Part shown: positions 7,436 through 16,421 of the stretch, piece by piece
Numbering within the stretch: position 1 is the stretch's first letter
How the letters are laid out: every line of letters starts with the position of its first letter
Assembly (NCBI GenBank): GCA_027622665.1
Contig: JAQBYT010000017.1
Location: 1 to 64,000 of the forward strand
Length of the DNA stretch: 64,000 nucleotides
Direction: 5' to 3'
Origin: Verrucomicrobiota bacterium
GTDB taxonomy: Bacteria > Verrucomicrobiota > Verrucomicrobiia > Opitutales > Seribacteraceae
The notes under the pieces: model-generated
What the model was told of the DNA's origin: nothing
What the model saw: only the letters and a program-made list of their open reading frames with translations
The model's database searches: none
Program-made: the position numbers and the translations under genes

Positions 7436-10400
7436 TCAAGGGTTACTTGTTTCGAAATAAGCGTAGATTATGAGGTTGCCACTTGTTGTTACGTGGATGT
7501 TTACGGAAGTTCCCGTAGCATCGCCAAACCAGCGCTTGAATACATAGCCCTCGGCCGGCGTAGCTTCAATCTCCGTGGTCGTTCCTTCTTCGTAGACACC
7601 CCCGCCGATTATTGATCCGGCGTTAGATGGGTAGGATACCACCGTTACTTCATAAGTGGTAGCTATTTTCTGCCAAGAGGAAGTCGAGTAGTCGTAATAG
7701 GCAAAGGTGCCATCGGGGATTCGTGAGAAGTAGTTCCATTCGTAGTTGTCTTGACTCCAGACATTGGGATAAGCGTCTTTATTCGTCCATTGCCAACCAA
7801 AGCGCTGGGTCCAAAACCACATGGAAGAATCGTTTTCGGGTTTGGTGTAAATCCAGCCGAAATCGAAATGGTATGCCCATTCGGGTGTTGTTTGATGAAA
7901 ATACCCGAACCATGAGCTTTCTTGCCATCCCGCCTCTAGCTCTGTTGCATCGAGAGCGTAGAAGAGGGTGGCTGCATCGGCATGTCGTTCGAAATTAGCT
8001 ACGAGACTGAGATCTCCGAAAACAGTGAAACTCTGGTCGGATGAGTTTGTGTCGGCCAAGTTTGCCCCTGACCAATGGGAGAATTCATATCCCTTGATCG
8101 GAGTCGAGACCAAGGACACAGTGTCTCCATGTTGATATGTGCCTCCACCCGATACGGTGGCTGCGCCAACAGGAGATACGGAAATATTTACATTATACTG
8201 TAACTTCTCGAACTCAGCCGTAAGGTTGGCGGAGCCAGCGATAGTGACTGTGGTGGCACTATCGTTGGCTTCGACAGGATTACCCCCGACCCACCCGATG
8301 AACTGATAGCCCACGGAGGGAAGAGCGGTAATGTTTACACTGCTTCCGAGGTTGTAACTCCCGCTTCCAACCACTGTTCCCCCGACGCTGGGTTCTACCG
8401 TCAGGTTGAGTGGGTAGGTGAGGTTCTCGAAGTTGGCGGTGACATTAAGGTCGGAGGTTAACGATATAGTGGTGGAGGATGAGATCGCGTCGGCTATTCC
8501 AATTCCGCTCCAGTTTGTGAAAACGAAGCCGGATGAAGCTATAGCGGTGACATTGACATCTGCCCCGTAAGGGTATGTTCCGGATCCGGTTAGTGTTCCT
8601 GCTCCTTCCATGTTGCTGAAAAGGAGGAGGCTGTGACTGGATTCCGCAAAGTTGGCGGTGATGGTCTGGGAGGCAGTTATCGTGACGGATGTGCCGACGG
8701 CAGTAGGGTCAGCTAGATTTTCTCCTGTCCATCCGACAAAACGATACCCTTCGGCTGGATTTGCGAAAATATTAACTGTTTGGCCATATTCATAGTTGCC
8801 GCCGCCGATTACGGAGCCACCGCCACTTGCGTCGACCACGACGGCGAGGGCGTAGGAACCAAGCTCGAAATTGGCGATGACGCTTCGGTCATCGGTCATG
8901 GAAATAGTAGTCTGAAAAGAGGTCGACCCAATTGTGCCGGAACCACTCCAGTGGGAGAAAATATAGGCTGGGTCGGGAGTCGCGGTGATGCTTGGAGTGG
9001 AACCGTAGGCGAAGGTCCCGCCGGCTGAAACGCTACCGCCTGTTCCTGCGTTCACCGTGAGAAGGTGTTGATTCAACGAGAAATTGGCCCGAAGAACATA
9101 GCTGCCGTTGGCATCGACTGTTGTTGTGTCGGCATTGGTGTCGGAGATGAAACCCGTGGAGTCTACCACCTTGATGAGGTTGCCCATTCCGGAATGGTTG
9201 TCGCAATGGTAGTAGAGGGTGTTGGGTGTTTCGGCATCTACGGTGATGGCGACAGTTCCGTTTGTGGCTTCAGAACCCGTTACTCCGTTAGTGTGTTTAC
9301 CCAGGTTTATGTTTCCGCCACCGCCCGAATCCTCACTGAAATAGAAGGGGTGACTGGCGGTGGTGGAACCATCAAGGACGAATTGGTAGACGTTTCCTCT
9401 GACAAGGGTGAGTGGGGGACTCTCCTTGCCGTTCAGAAAGAAGGCGTTGGCCGTGGTGTCGTATTGTCGGGCGGCGACAGTGACTGTGTAATCCATGGTT
9501 CCGTTGACCTCCCATCCGGTAAAGCTATAGCCTATTTCGGGACTGGCCCTAATGGGAACGAGTTGACCATAGGAGTAGTTGCCGTCGCCGGAAACGGAAC
9601 CGCCCGTGGATGAGACGAGGTCGAGGGCGTTTATCAAGGGATCGAAGTGGGCGGTTACATTGGCGTCGGATCCTTGGTCGAGCGTTACGGTGACGGATGT
9701 CATTGAGAGTGGGGAGGCGAGGGTGCCTCCAGTTGTCGTCCATCCCAAGAAATGATACCCTGGTGCTGAGCTGGCAGAAATGTTGACAACGGCATTCTGG
9801 TCATAGGGTCCACTTCCGCTAGTTGTTCCAGAACCAATTGGCTCGGCGTAAGTTTGGAGTATTTTTTTGCCAAGAGGAGTTAAGGCAAAGTTGGCCGTTA
9901 CGTTTCGGTCCTGCGTCATCGTGGCGGTGGTGGTTGGCGAGCTTCCGTCTGCTGCTCCTTCTCCGCTCCAATTCGTGAAGTAATGACCATCATGAGGAGA
10001 CGCAGTAATGGGAGCGTTCGCACCATAGCTGAAGTTTCCACCTCCAGTTGCAGTGCCGCCGGACGCGGTAGAAACGGATAGACTGTGGATAATGGTCTCG
10101 AAGTTGGCCGTTACGTTTCGGTCCTGTGTCATGTCCACAGTGGTGGTGTAAGCGTTTAGATCGGTGATACCTTCGCCGACCCATTCTGTAAATGAGTAGC
10201 CTGTTTGCGGGGTAGCTGTAATGGTAGACTGGCTTCCATGGTCGTGGATTCCGGATAGGGATACGGTTCCTCCTGCGCTTGCGTTCGTCGACAGAGCGTA
10301 GGATTTGATTGCGAAGGTAGCGGTTACGTTTCGGTCCTGCGTCATGGCGACAGTTGTGCTTAAGGCATCCGCATCGTTCACTCCGGATCCAGTCCATCCG

Positions 10401-13400
10401 GCGAATACGTAACCTGCGTTTACGGTAGCCACGATGGGAGCGGAAGAATTCCAATCGAAGGTTCCTGAACTGGTGGCGGCACCCCCGCTTTCATTCGAGA
10501 CGATTAGGACGTGACGATCGATGGCGAAGATGGCAGTGGCGTTTCTATCTTGAGTCATGTCCACCGTAGTGGCGGAAGCGTTTACGTCGGCGATGCCTCC
10601 GCCAACCCATCCGGCAAAGGAATAACCCGTTTGCGGTGTGGCGATAATGGAGGCTTGAGTCCCATGGTTATGAGATCCTGAGCCAGATATGTTTCCGCCG
10701 GACCCGGAGCTTATTGTGAGGAAGTAAGAATTGATGAGGAAGGTTGCCGTGACGTTTCTATCCTGAGTCATGAGCACGATCGTGTTTGCTTCGCTGGAGT
10801 TGCCGATACCTGAGCCCGTCCATGCCGAAAACTCATAACCGATAGAAGGTGTCGCCGTTATTGGGATGGAAGAGTTCCAGTCGTATACCCCAGCGCCTGA
10901 CGTGCTTCCTCCGGTTCCTGAGCTGACACCAAGCTCGTACTGATTGATGGCGAAAACCGCAGATGCGTTGCGGTCTTGCGTCATGTCTATCGTCGTGGTG
11001 GTAGCGTTTACGTCGGCGATACCTGAGCCCACCCACCCTGCGAAGGTGTAGCCCGTTTGTGGTGTGGCGGTAATGGTGACCTGGGTTCCGTGCTCGTGAC
11101 TGCCGGAGCTGGATACGTTTCCGCCAGAGGCGGGAGTTGTGGTCAGGGTGTATGAATTGATGAGGAAGGTAGCCGTGACGTTTCTATCCTGAGTCATGAG
11201 CACGGTTGTGTTGAAGGCGGAGGGGTTGGTTATACCGGTTCCGACCCAGCCCGTGAAGGAATAGCCGGTGTTTGGTGTTGCCGTTATTGGCGCGGCAGAA
11301 TTCCAGTCGAAGGTGCCTGCTCCGGATACGGAACCGCCGACTCCCCCGGATGCTGTCAGCGTGTGTTGATTGATGGTAAACGTTGCCGTTACGTTTCTAT
11401 CCTGTGTTATGAGCACGGTTGTGTTGGAGGCATTCAGGTCGGCGATTCCATCGCCCGTCCAACCCGTGAAGGAATAGCCCGTGTCAGAGGTTGCTGTGAT
11501 TCCGACTACAGTCCCGTAATTAAATACGCCTGCTCCTGATATGCTTCCACCCGTACCGCCTGTTGAGTTTAGGGTGTAGGAGTTTAATGTGAAGTGTGCC
11601 GTAACGGATCTATGTTGAGTGGCAGCTAGAGTAATGATGCCGTTCGTTTCGTTGGAATCCCCGGACCAATTGGAGAAGGTGTATCCGGTTGAGGCGGTGG
11701 CGGTGAGTGTGGCGGTGGCCCCTTGGTTGTGAACCCCTGCTCCGGCAATTGTGCCGGATCCGGCCGGAGAGGCGTTGGCGTCGATCTGGTAGGAAGGCCA
11801 GCGACCGGTTCCATGATTGTCTCGGCGAAATTTCGGCCAGTCCGAGTCGGCTAGGTTCCAACCTGCCTTGACGGCGTACAACTTCTTGTCGAATGATCCG
11901 AAGTACAGGGTGCCGTTGGCGTCGATGGTAAGGGAGGAGTCAACCACGTCGCCGATGACGACTGAATGATTGGTCATGCTGCTGTTCCAGTCCATGGAGC
12001 CATTCGCATCAATCGCGAAAATATGGTTTTCGCCGCCACCCAGATACCCGACTACGTAAACCGTCCCGTTCTCGTCTACAACAGGAGAACTGTAGAACAC
12101 GTCGCCAATCGGCTTTTCCCAGTTGGTCACTCCGAAATCAATGTCGATCGAGCGCAGGTAGCCATCTCGCGACATGAAGAACACTTCATTCGACAAACCA
12201 ATCACAGGCGAGGAGTCGACTCTATCGGCAGTTGCGTATTTCCATCGCAGGACACCGTTGGTGCCGTTGTCTTCCAATGAATAGCAGTAGCCGTTGGAGC
12301 TTCCGAAGTATATGTTGCCGTAGAGGTCGAGGGCAGGGGAGGACTCTATGGAACTGTTGGATTCTGTTACAGTGTCCACGACATAAATCCATTTGGCGCT
12401 GCCATCGGGATTAACCGCATGGAAAGTACCATTGTCGTCTCCGAAATAGATGGTGCCGTCTTGACCCAGGGCGGCGGAAGAGGAGATCGGTTGCTCGGCA
12501 AAATACTCCCACTTCTTGGAGCCATTGGATTCCAGGGCATAGAAAAAGTTATCGCGCGATCCGATATAGATCGTTCCATCGGGTCCCACGGCCGGTCCCG
12601 CCAAAACCAAACTGTCCGTGGAGAAAGTCCATTTGCCAGTGCCGTCGGGATTGATTGCGTGTAGCTTGTTGTCCCAAGACCCTACGTATATCGTTCCGTC
12701 ATCCGCGATAGACGGAGTTGAATCTACCCACTCTCCCGCTTGATAAGTCCACTTTACACCACCGTCCGGATAAAATGCGTAAAGGTTATTATCGCCCGAA
12801 CCAACGTATATCGTGCCGTCCGAGCCGATGGTCGGAGATGAATAGATGGCACCTCGAGTCGGTTGGCTCCAGACAAGGTCTTGCACCTGTGGAATGTTTT
12901 GGGAAGAGCTAGAGTTCATGTCCACGGTCAAGGTGTAGACGGAATCTCCTTGGTTTGTTCCGTTTGAGTTCGCTACCAGTCCGGAGGCATAGAAAGTGAC
13001 CATGCCCACGTCGGAGGCAGGTGCCGTCCACTTGAACGTCCACTGCCCGGTAGTGGAAGGGGTGTTGTGCTCGGCGTATCCTCCGTCAATCGTCATTCCT
13101 GAAGATGCCGCAGTCAAACTTCCGGCATTATCATTTCCTGACTTTGCGATGGCTTGAAAGCCATACCCACTGGCATTTTTATCCAGTAATAGGCTCAGTT
13201 CGTAAGTGCGGTTCGGCGTGTAAAAGGAGGGAAGGCCTATTATCGTAAAGTTGCTGTCCCCAGTGTTTGCTGTGCCGGTGTGACATGAAGTGCAATTCAG
13301 CGAGCTCGGAGGATCACGGGCTGGGCTTGTAGGAGGGTTGGCTTGATTCCCCCACGCGAAGCTAGGCGAAAGGATAGCAGCAACTGTAAATAGATATCTT

Positions 13401-13408
13401 GAAATCAT
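7436..13408 (-). CDS. Large secreted/surface protein: CxxCH + Reeler-like domain, PQQ-like propeller, 17 InlB B-type repeats, nested cupredoxin-like domain, aromatic-rich C-terminal domain
   Basis: Signal peptide; CTSCH; WTFKWTAP; SSP-x-G-DGTIYVGS repeats; about 72-aa GY-F-GW...VTANF repeats; HPF...YHCDNHSGMG; WQESSWFGYF...FGWIY. Confidence 0.9.
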   Translation of the reverse strand: MISRYLFTVAAILSPSFAWGNQANPPTSPARDPPSSLNCTSCHTGTANTGDSNFTIIGLPSFYTPNRTYELSLLLDKNASGYGFQAIAKSGNDNAGSLTAASSGMTIDGGYAEHNTPSTTGQWTFKWTAPASDVGMVTFYASGLVANSNGTNQGDSVYTLTVDMNSSSSQNIPQVQDLVWSQPTRGAIYSSPTIGSDGTIYVGSGDNNLYAFYPDGGVKWTYQAGEWVDSTPSIADDGTIYVGSWDNKLHAINPDGTGKWTFSTDSLVLAGPAVGPDGTIYIGSRDNFFYALESNGSKKWEYFAEQPISSSAALGQDGTIYFGDDNGTFHAVNPDGSAKWIYVVDTVTESNSSIESSPALDLYGNIYFGSSNGYCYSLEDNGTNGVLRWKYATADRVDSSPVIGLSNEVFFMSRDGYLRSIDIDFGVTNWEKPIGDVFYSSPVVDENGTVYVVGYLGGGENHIFAIDANGSMDWNSSMTNHSVVIGDVVDSSLTIDANGTLYFGSFDKKLYAVKAGWNLADSDWPKFRRDNHGTGRWPSYQIDANASPAGSGTIAGAGVHNQGATATLTATASTGYTFSNWSGDSNETNGIITLAATQHRSVTAHFTLNSYTLNSTGGTGGSISGAGVFNYGTVVGITATSDTGYSFTGWTGDGIADLNASNTTVLITQDRNVTATFTINQHTLTASGGVGGSVSGAGTFDWNSAAPITATPNTGYSFTGWVGTGITNPSAFNTTVLMTQDRNVTATFLINSYTLTTTPASGGNVSSSGSHEHGTQVTITATPQTGYTFAGWVGSGIADVNATTTTIDMTQDRNASAVFAINQYELGVSSGTGGSTSGAGVYDWNSSIPITATPSIGYEFSAWTGSGIGNSSEANTIVLMTQDRNVTATFLINSYFLTISSGSGGNISGSGSHNHGTQASIIATPQTGYSFAGWVGGGIADVNASATTVDMTQDRNATAIFAIDRHVLIVSNESGGAATSSGTFDWNSSAPIVATVNAGYVFAGWTGSGVNDADALSTTVAMTQDRNVTATFAIKSYALSTNASAGGTVSLSGIHDHGSQSTITATPQTGYSFTEWVGEGITDLNAYTTTVDMTQDRNVTANFETIIHSLSVSTASGGTATGGGNFSYGANAPITASPHDGHYFTNWSGEGAADGSSPTTTATMTQDRNVTANFALTPLGKKILQTYAEPIGSGTTSGSGPYDQNAVVNISASSAPGYHFLGWTTTGGTLASPLSMTSVTVTLDQGSDANVTAHFDPLINALDLVSSTGGSVSGDGNYSYGQLVPIRASPEIGYSFTGWEVNGTMDYTVTVAARQYDTTANAFFLNGKESPPLTLVRGNVYQFVLDGSTTASHPFYFSEDSGGGGNINLGKHTNGVTGSEATNGTVAITVDAETPNTLYYHCDNHSGMGNLIKVVDSTGFISDTNADTTTVDANGSYVLRANFSLNQHLLTVNAGTGGSVSAGGTFAYGSTPSITATPDPAYIFSHWSGSGTIGSTSFQTTISMTDDRSVIANFELGSYALAVVVDASGGGSVIGGGNYEYGQTVNIFANPAEGYRFVGWTGENLADPTAVGTSVTITASQTITANFAESSHSLLLFSNMEGAGTLTGSGTYPYGADVNVTAIASSGFVFTNWSGIGIADAISSSTTISLTSDLNVTANFENLTYPLNLTVEPSVGGTVVGSGSYNLGSSVNITALPSVGYQFIGWVGGNPVEANDSATTVTIAGSANLTAEFEKLQYNVNISVSPVGAATVSGGGTYQHGDTVSLVSTPIKGYEFSHWSGANLADTNSSDQSFTVFGDLSLVANFERHADAATLFYALDATELEAGWQESSWFGYFHQTTPEWAYHFDFGWIYTKPENDSSMWFWTQRFGWQWTNKDAYPNVWSQDNYEWNYFSRIPDGTFAYYDYSTSSWQKIATTYEVTVVSYPSNAGSIIGGGVYEEGTTTEIEATPAEGYVFKRWFGDATGTSVNIHVTTSGNLIIYAYFETSNP

Positions 13409-13548
13409 CGGTGATTATTTGGACAGAGCAAAAGGGAAGCAATCGCTTCTACTCATTATATTAGCCCGAATTGTCGAAATCTTGCAAAATAATTGTTAAG
13501 GATCAATCTTGGCGTTCATAAGTTATCCGCTACCAGCGGGTAACTGGT

Positions 13549-14916
13549 CTAATTGCTTTTTGAGATTTCGATCCTCACGAGGAAACACGAACCTTCCGAA
13601 CCGGAAGATTCGAGCGAAACCTCGGCATCTATACGTTGGGCCAGTTCGCGGCAGATGGCGAGCCCCACGCCACTTCCACCGGGTTTGGAGCTTTGGACCG
13701 GTCGGAACAGTCGCTCGCGGATCTGTTCGGCTACGCCTTCACCATCATCCCTTACGCGAAATTCCAAGTTTTCCTCCTCTTGCTTTGCCTCCAGTGTTAC
13801 CACGCCCTTATTTGACGCCTCGATGGCGTTCTGCCCCAGATTCAGCAGGATGGGGAGCAGCAGATTGGCTCGCAGGTTGTCCAATTCGATTTCGGAGGCA
13901 ACATTTTCGATTGTCAGTTTCACATTAGCCTTTTCGGCGGCGGGGACGAGTCGTTGGCGAGCCAACTCGAGGATTTCGGTCAGGCTGAACGAATAGGTGG
14001 CCTCGTCGGCTTCGGCCTCTCTCAAGGTGCCGAGCGTTTCCTGGATGATGGCTTGCATGCGGTCGGTGGCTTCGGTCAAGAGACGTCCCTCTTCTCCACC
14101 ATCTCCTTCCTCTCGTTGTTCACGGGCATAGTCTCGTAGACCCGCCAAGGGATTCTTCAAGGCGTGCATCAAGTGTGAGGTTACGGCTCCTACGCCGGCG
14201 GCCTTGCAGGCTTGGGACAAGCGTTGATTAGACTCCACCAGTTTTTTCGTTCTTTCGGCCAAGGCTTCTTGGGAACGCCTCAGGCGTCGTAGAAAAGATA
14301 TGAAGACGACCAATATGAGACCGCCGCCACCCGTGAAGGCGATCAAGCCTTGGCGAATCAGTTTTCCGTCGAGGGCCTTGCGTTCGGCAGCCAGAGGATC
14401 ACCTTCCATTTGTAATAAGATGAAGCCGGATTCAGGATCCTCCCCCAACCGATGAAGAATGGAAAGTTCGGCGGGCTTTCGGAACTGGACCAGTGGTGTG
14501 TTGCGGGCGGTCTCGAAGTCGCCTGCGGTAGGAAAAACTTCATCTTCGCTTGCACTGAAGGAGGCGAGAGCATCTCCCTCGTCATCGAATGATATCGCTC
14601 CCTTGACTTCGGGGATTTCTAATGCTCGCAAGGTAGTTTCCTCGAAGACCTCCTCGGTGTCGTGAAGAAGTTCGTTCATTCCGAGCTCGATGTAGTCCAA
14701 ATCCCGAGCTAGGGCATCGTCCTCCACCATATTGAATACTTCCTCAATGAGAGGAGTTGTGGATCCGGCAATGCGAGCGAGGGCTTCCGTACGCAATTGT
14801 TCGCGCAGGTCGTACAGCAAAACAGCAAGCATTACCCCGTAGGTGACGAGTATTATGGCGAGAGTTCTTCGCGAACCCAAGAAGCCTATTTTGTCATCTT
14901 TGCTTGATTTGGCCAT
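13549..14916 (-). CDS. Membrane sensor histidine kinase
   Basis: Two TM helices around a periplasmic domain; HLMHALKNPL H-box, NLGQNA, DDGEG, GSGVGL. Confidence 0.93.
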   Translation of the reverse strand: MAKSSKDDKIGFLGSRRTLAIILVTYGVMLAVLLYDLREQLRTEALARIAGSTTPLIEEVFNMVEDDALARDLDYIELGMNELLHDTEEVFEETTLRALEIPEVKGAISFDDEGDALASFSASEDEVFPTAGDFETARNTPLVQFRKPAELSILHRLGEDPESGFILLQMEGDPLAAERKALDGKLIRQGLIAFTGGGGLILVVFISFLRRLRRSQEALAERTKKLVESNQRLSQACKAAGVGAVTSHLMHALKNPLAGLRDYAREQREEGDGGEEGRLLTEATDRMQAIIQETLGTLREAEADEATYSFSLTEILELARQRLVPAAEKANVKLTIENVASEIELDNLRANLLLPILLNLGQNAIEASNKGVVTLEAKQEEENLEFRVRDDGEGVAEQIRERLFRPVQSSKPGGSGVGLAICRELAQRIDAEVSLESSGSEGSCFLVRIEISKSN

Positions 14917-14931
14917 CTCCTCGAAACTCGC

Positions 14932-16104
14932 TCAGTTCGACCACTTGATCCCTGCGGAAAACATGGTCGCCTCGTATTCATAGCTGGGGTCGTTTGAATC
15001 GTCGCGTTCCTTTTTCCATTTGGCGAACAAGTTCCATTTCTCGTTGATTTTTCGGTCTGCCTCAAATTCCGCGGACAGCCCATTCCTTTGAAAAAGCTCT
15101 CCGGAGGTGGCCGGTCTGACGTCATATTCGGAATTCGATGCGTTGGCGCTTGCCGACAGTGTCCACGGGCCGATCTCTCGACTCACTTTCAAACTGCCGT
15201 TCAAGCTTTCGTAATCGTAATGGCCGTTGGCGTTGTCGGTGGTTTTGTTGAAGTATGTGGATAAGTTCACTTCCCAGTCATCTCCCTTCCCGAAGTTTCG
15301 GGTGCCTGATATTCCCGTTCCAACGGTCCGCGTCTCGGAGTCGATGGATGTTCCGTCGTTCTTGGAACCTTGTCGTTCGTCGTACTCTTTCCAGCGACTG
15401 TACATGGAAAAGTTCACGGAGGCATCCTTATCTCCTTTCCACTTCACAATCGATCGAAATTCCTTTTCGCGGTAGTTGTAGAGTTCGGGGTCACTTGCAT
15501 AAGCATCGCGGGCCGCCGATACTTCCAACCCTCCCGTAAGTCCATCGCCGATGGGGAAGGATACGAAAGGACGAATCTCGCTCTTGTTGGACTGGATGGG
15601 GTATCCGGTTTTAGGGTTATAAGGATCATCGAAGACCATGTCGTAGTAGGTATGCCGTAACCTGATTCCGCGTAAGTTCCCCGTCGTGGGCGATCTCAGC
15701 GAGTATTCCGCCTGGGCGAGGGCGATACCTGTCAAGTCGAGCGCCGGTATGTCTTGGTATCGGGATCCCTCTCCGAAGAGGTAAAGGTAGAATACGCTTC
15801 CGTTCTTTCCCATGCGGAGCAGGAAAGCATCGATGCTCGCGGTGGCGAAACCACCTTCCTGTACGTTCGGTCCGGGACTTTGAAGAGGGTTTTTGCCATG
15901 CCCCCCCCCGAAGGATAGGTTCAGGGTTTTCGACCATTGGGAAGCCTTCTTTTCGACGGTCTCTACGAGTCCTTTGCCAAAGAGTAGTTCCTCCAGCATC
16001 TCATCCGTGAAGTTTCCGTCCCCTTGACCATGAAGAAGGGTTTCGGGAATAGAGAGCCCGAAGGATATGACGATGGGCGCAAGGGCAGCTGATATCGAAC
16101 GCAT
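14932..16104 (-). CDS. Putative outer-membrane beta-barrel protein
   Basis: Signal peptide, alternating amphipathic strands rich in Y/F/W, terminal FSAGIKW. Confidence 0.75.
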   Translation of the reverse strand: MRSISAALAPIVISFGLSIPETLLHGQGDGNFTDEMLEELLFGKGLVETVEKKASQWSKTLNLSFGGGHGKNPLQSPGPNVQEGGFATASIDAFLLRMGKNGSVFYLYLFGEGSRYQDIPALDLTGIALAQAEYSLRSPTTGNLRGIRLRHTYYDMVFDDPYNPKTGYPIQSNKSEIRPFVSFPIGDGLTGGLEVSAARDAYASDPELYNYREKEFRSIVKWKGDKDASVNFSMYSRWKEYDERQGSKNDGTSIDSETRTVGTGISGTRNFGKGDDWEVNLSTYFNKTTDNANGHYDYESLNGSLKVSREIGPWTLSASANASNSEYDVRPATSGELFQRNGLSAEFEADRKINEKWNLFAKWKKERDDSNDPSYEYEATMFSAGIKWSN

Positions 16105-16161
16105 ATTCAAACATTTATCCTCTCATGGTTGGAGGAAATTGGAAAGATGAATCCATCAGGC

Positions 16162-16227
16162 AAAAGGGAGAGGAACCGAAGTCCGTCTCCCTGTCTTGCC
16201 GGTGGCGTGGTCGGCAAATTCCCCTCG
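16162..16227 (-). terminator. Copy 2 of a 66-nt double-hairpin element ending in an intrinsic terminator (cUUCGg loop)
   Basis: RNA GGGAGACGGAC-UUCG-GUUCCUCUCCC-UUUU preceded by UUGCCG...CGGCAA hairpin. Confidence 0.75.
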
Positions 16228-16238
16228 TTCAAAAACAT

Positions 16239-16316
16239 TTATAACGATGTCTTTTTCTGGGATGGCCTTATCGTTTCATAACGAAAATTGGATGCCATGG
16301 CTTGAAGCTTTTTCAT
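16239..16316 (-). CDS. Candidate 25-aa small ORF MKKLQAMASNFRYETIRPSQKKTSL
   Basis: ATG..TAA open frame lying between the two element copies. Confidence 0.3.
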   Translation of the reverse strand: MKKLQAMASNFRYETIRPSQKKTSL

Positions 16317-16344
16317 TTGGGTGAGGACGGATAGCCAAGACCCG

Positions 16345-16412
16345 AAAAAAGGGAGGCGGACATAAGTCCGCCTCCCGATCTGGCCGGTCGCGTGGCCGGC
16401 AAATTCCCCTCG
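16345..16412 (-). terminator. Copy 1 of the double-hairpin element; perfect 11-bp terminator stem plus U6
   Basis: RNA GGGAGGCGGAC-UUAU-GUCCGCCUCCC-UUUUUU just after the stop at 16422. Confidence 0.9.
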
Positions 16413-16421
16413 CGAAATCGT

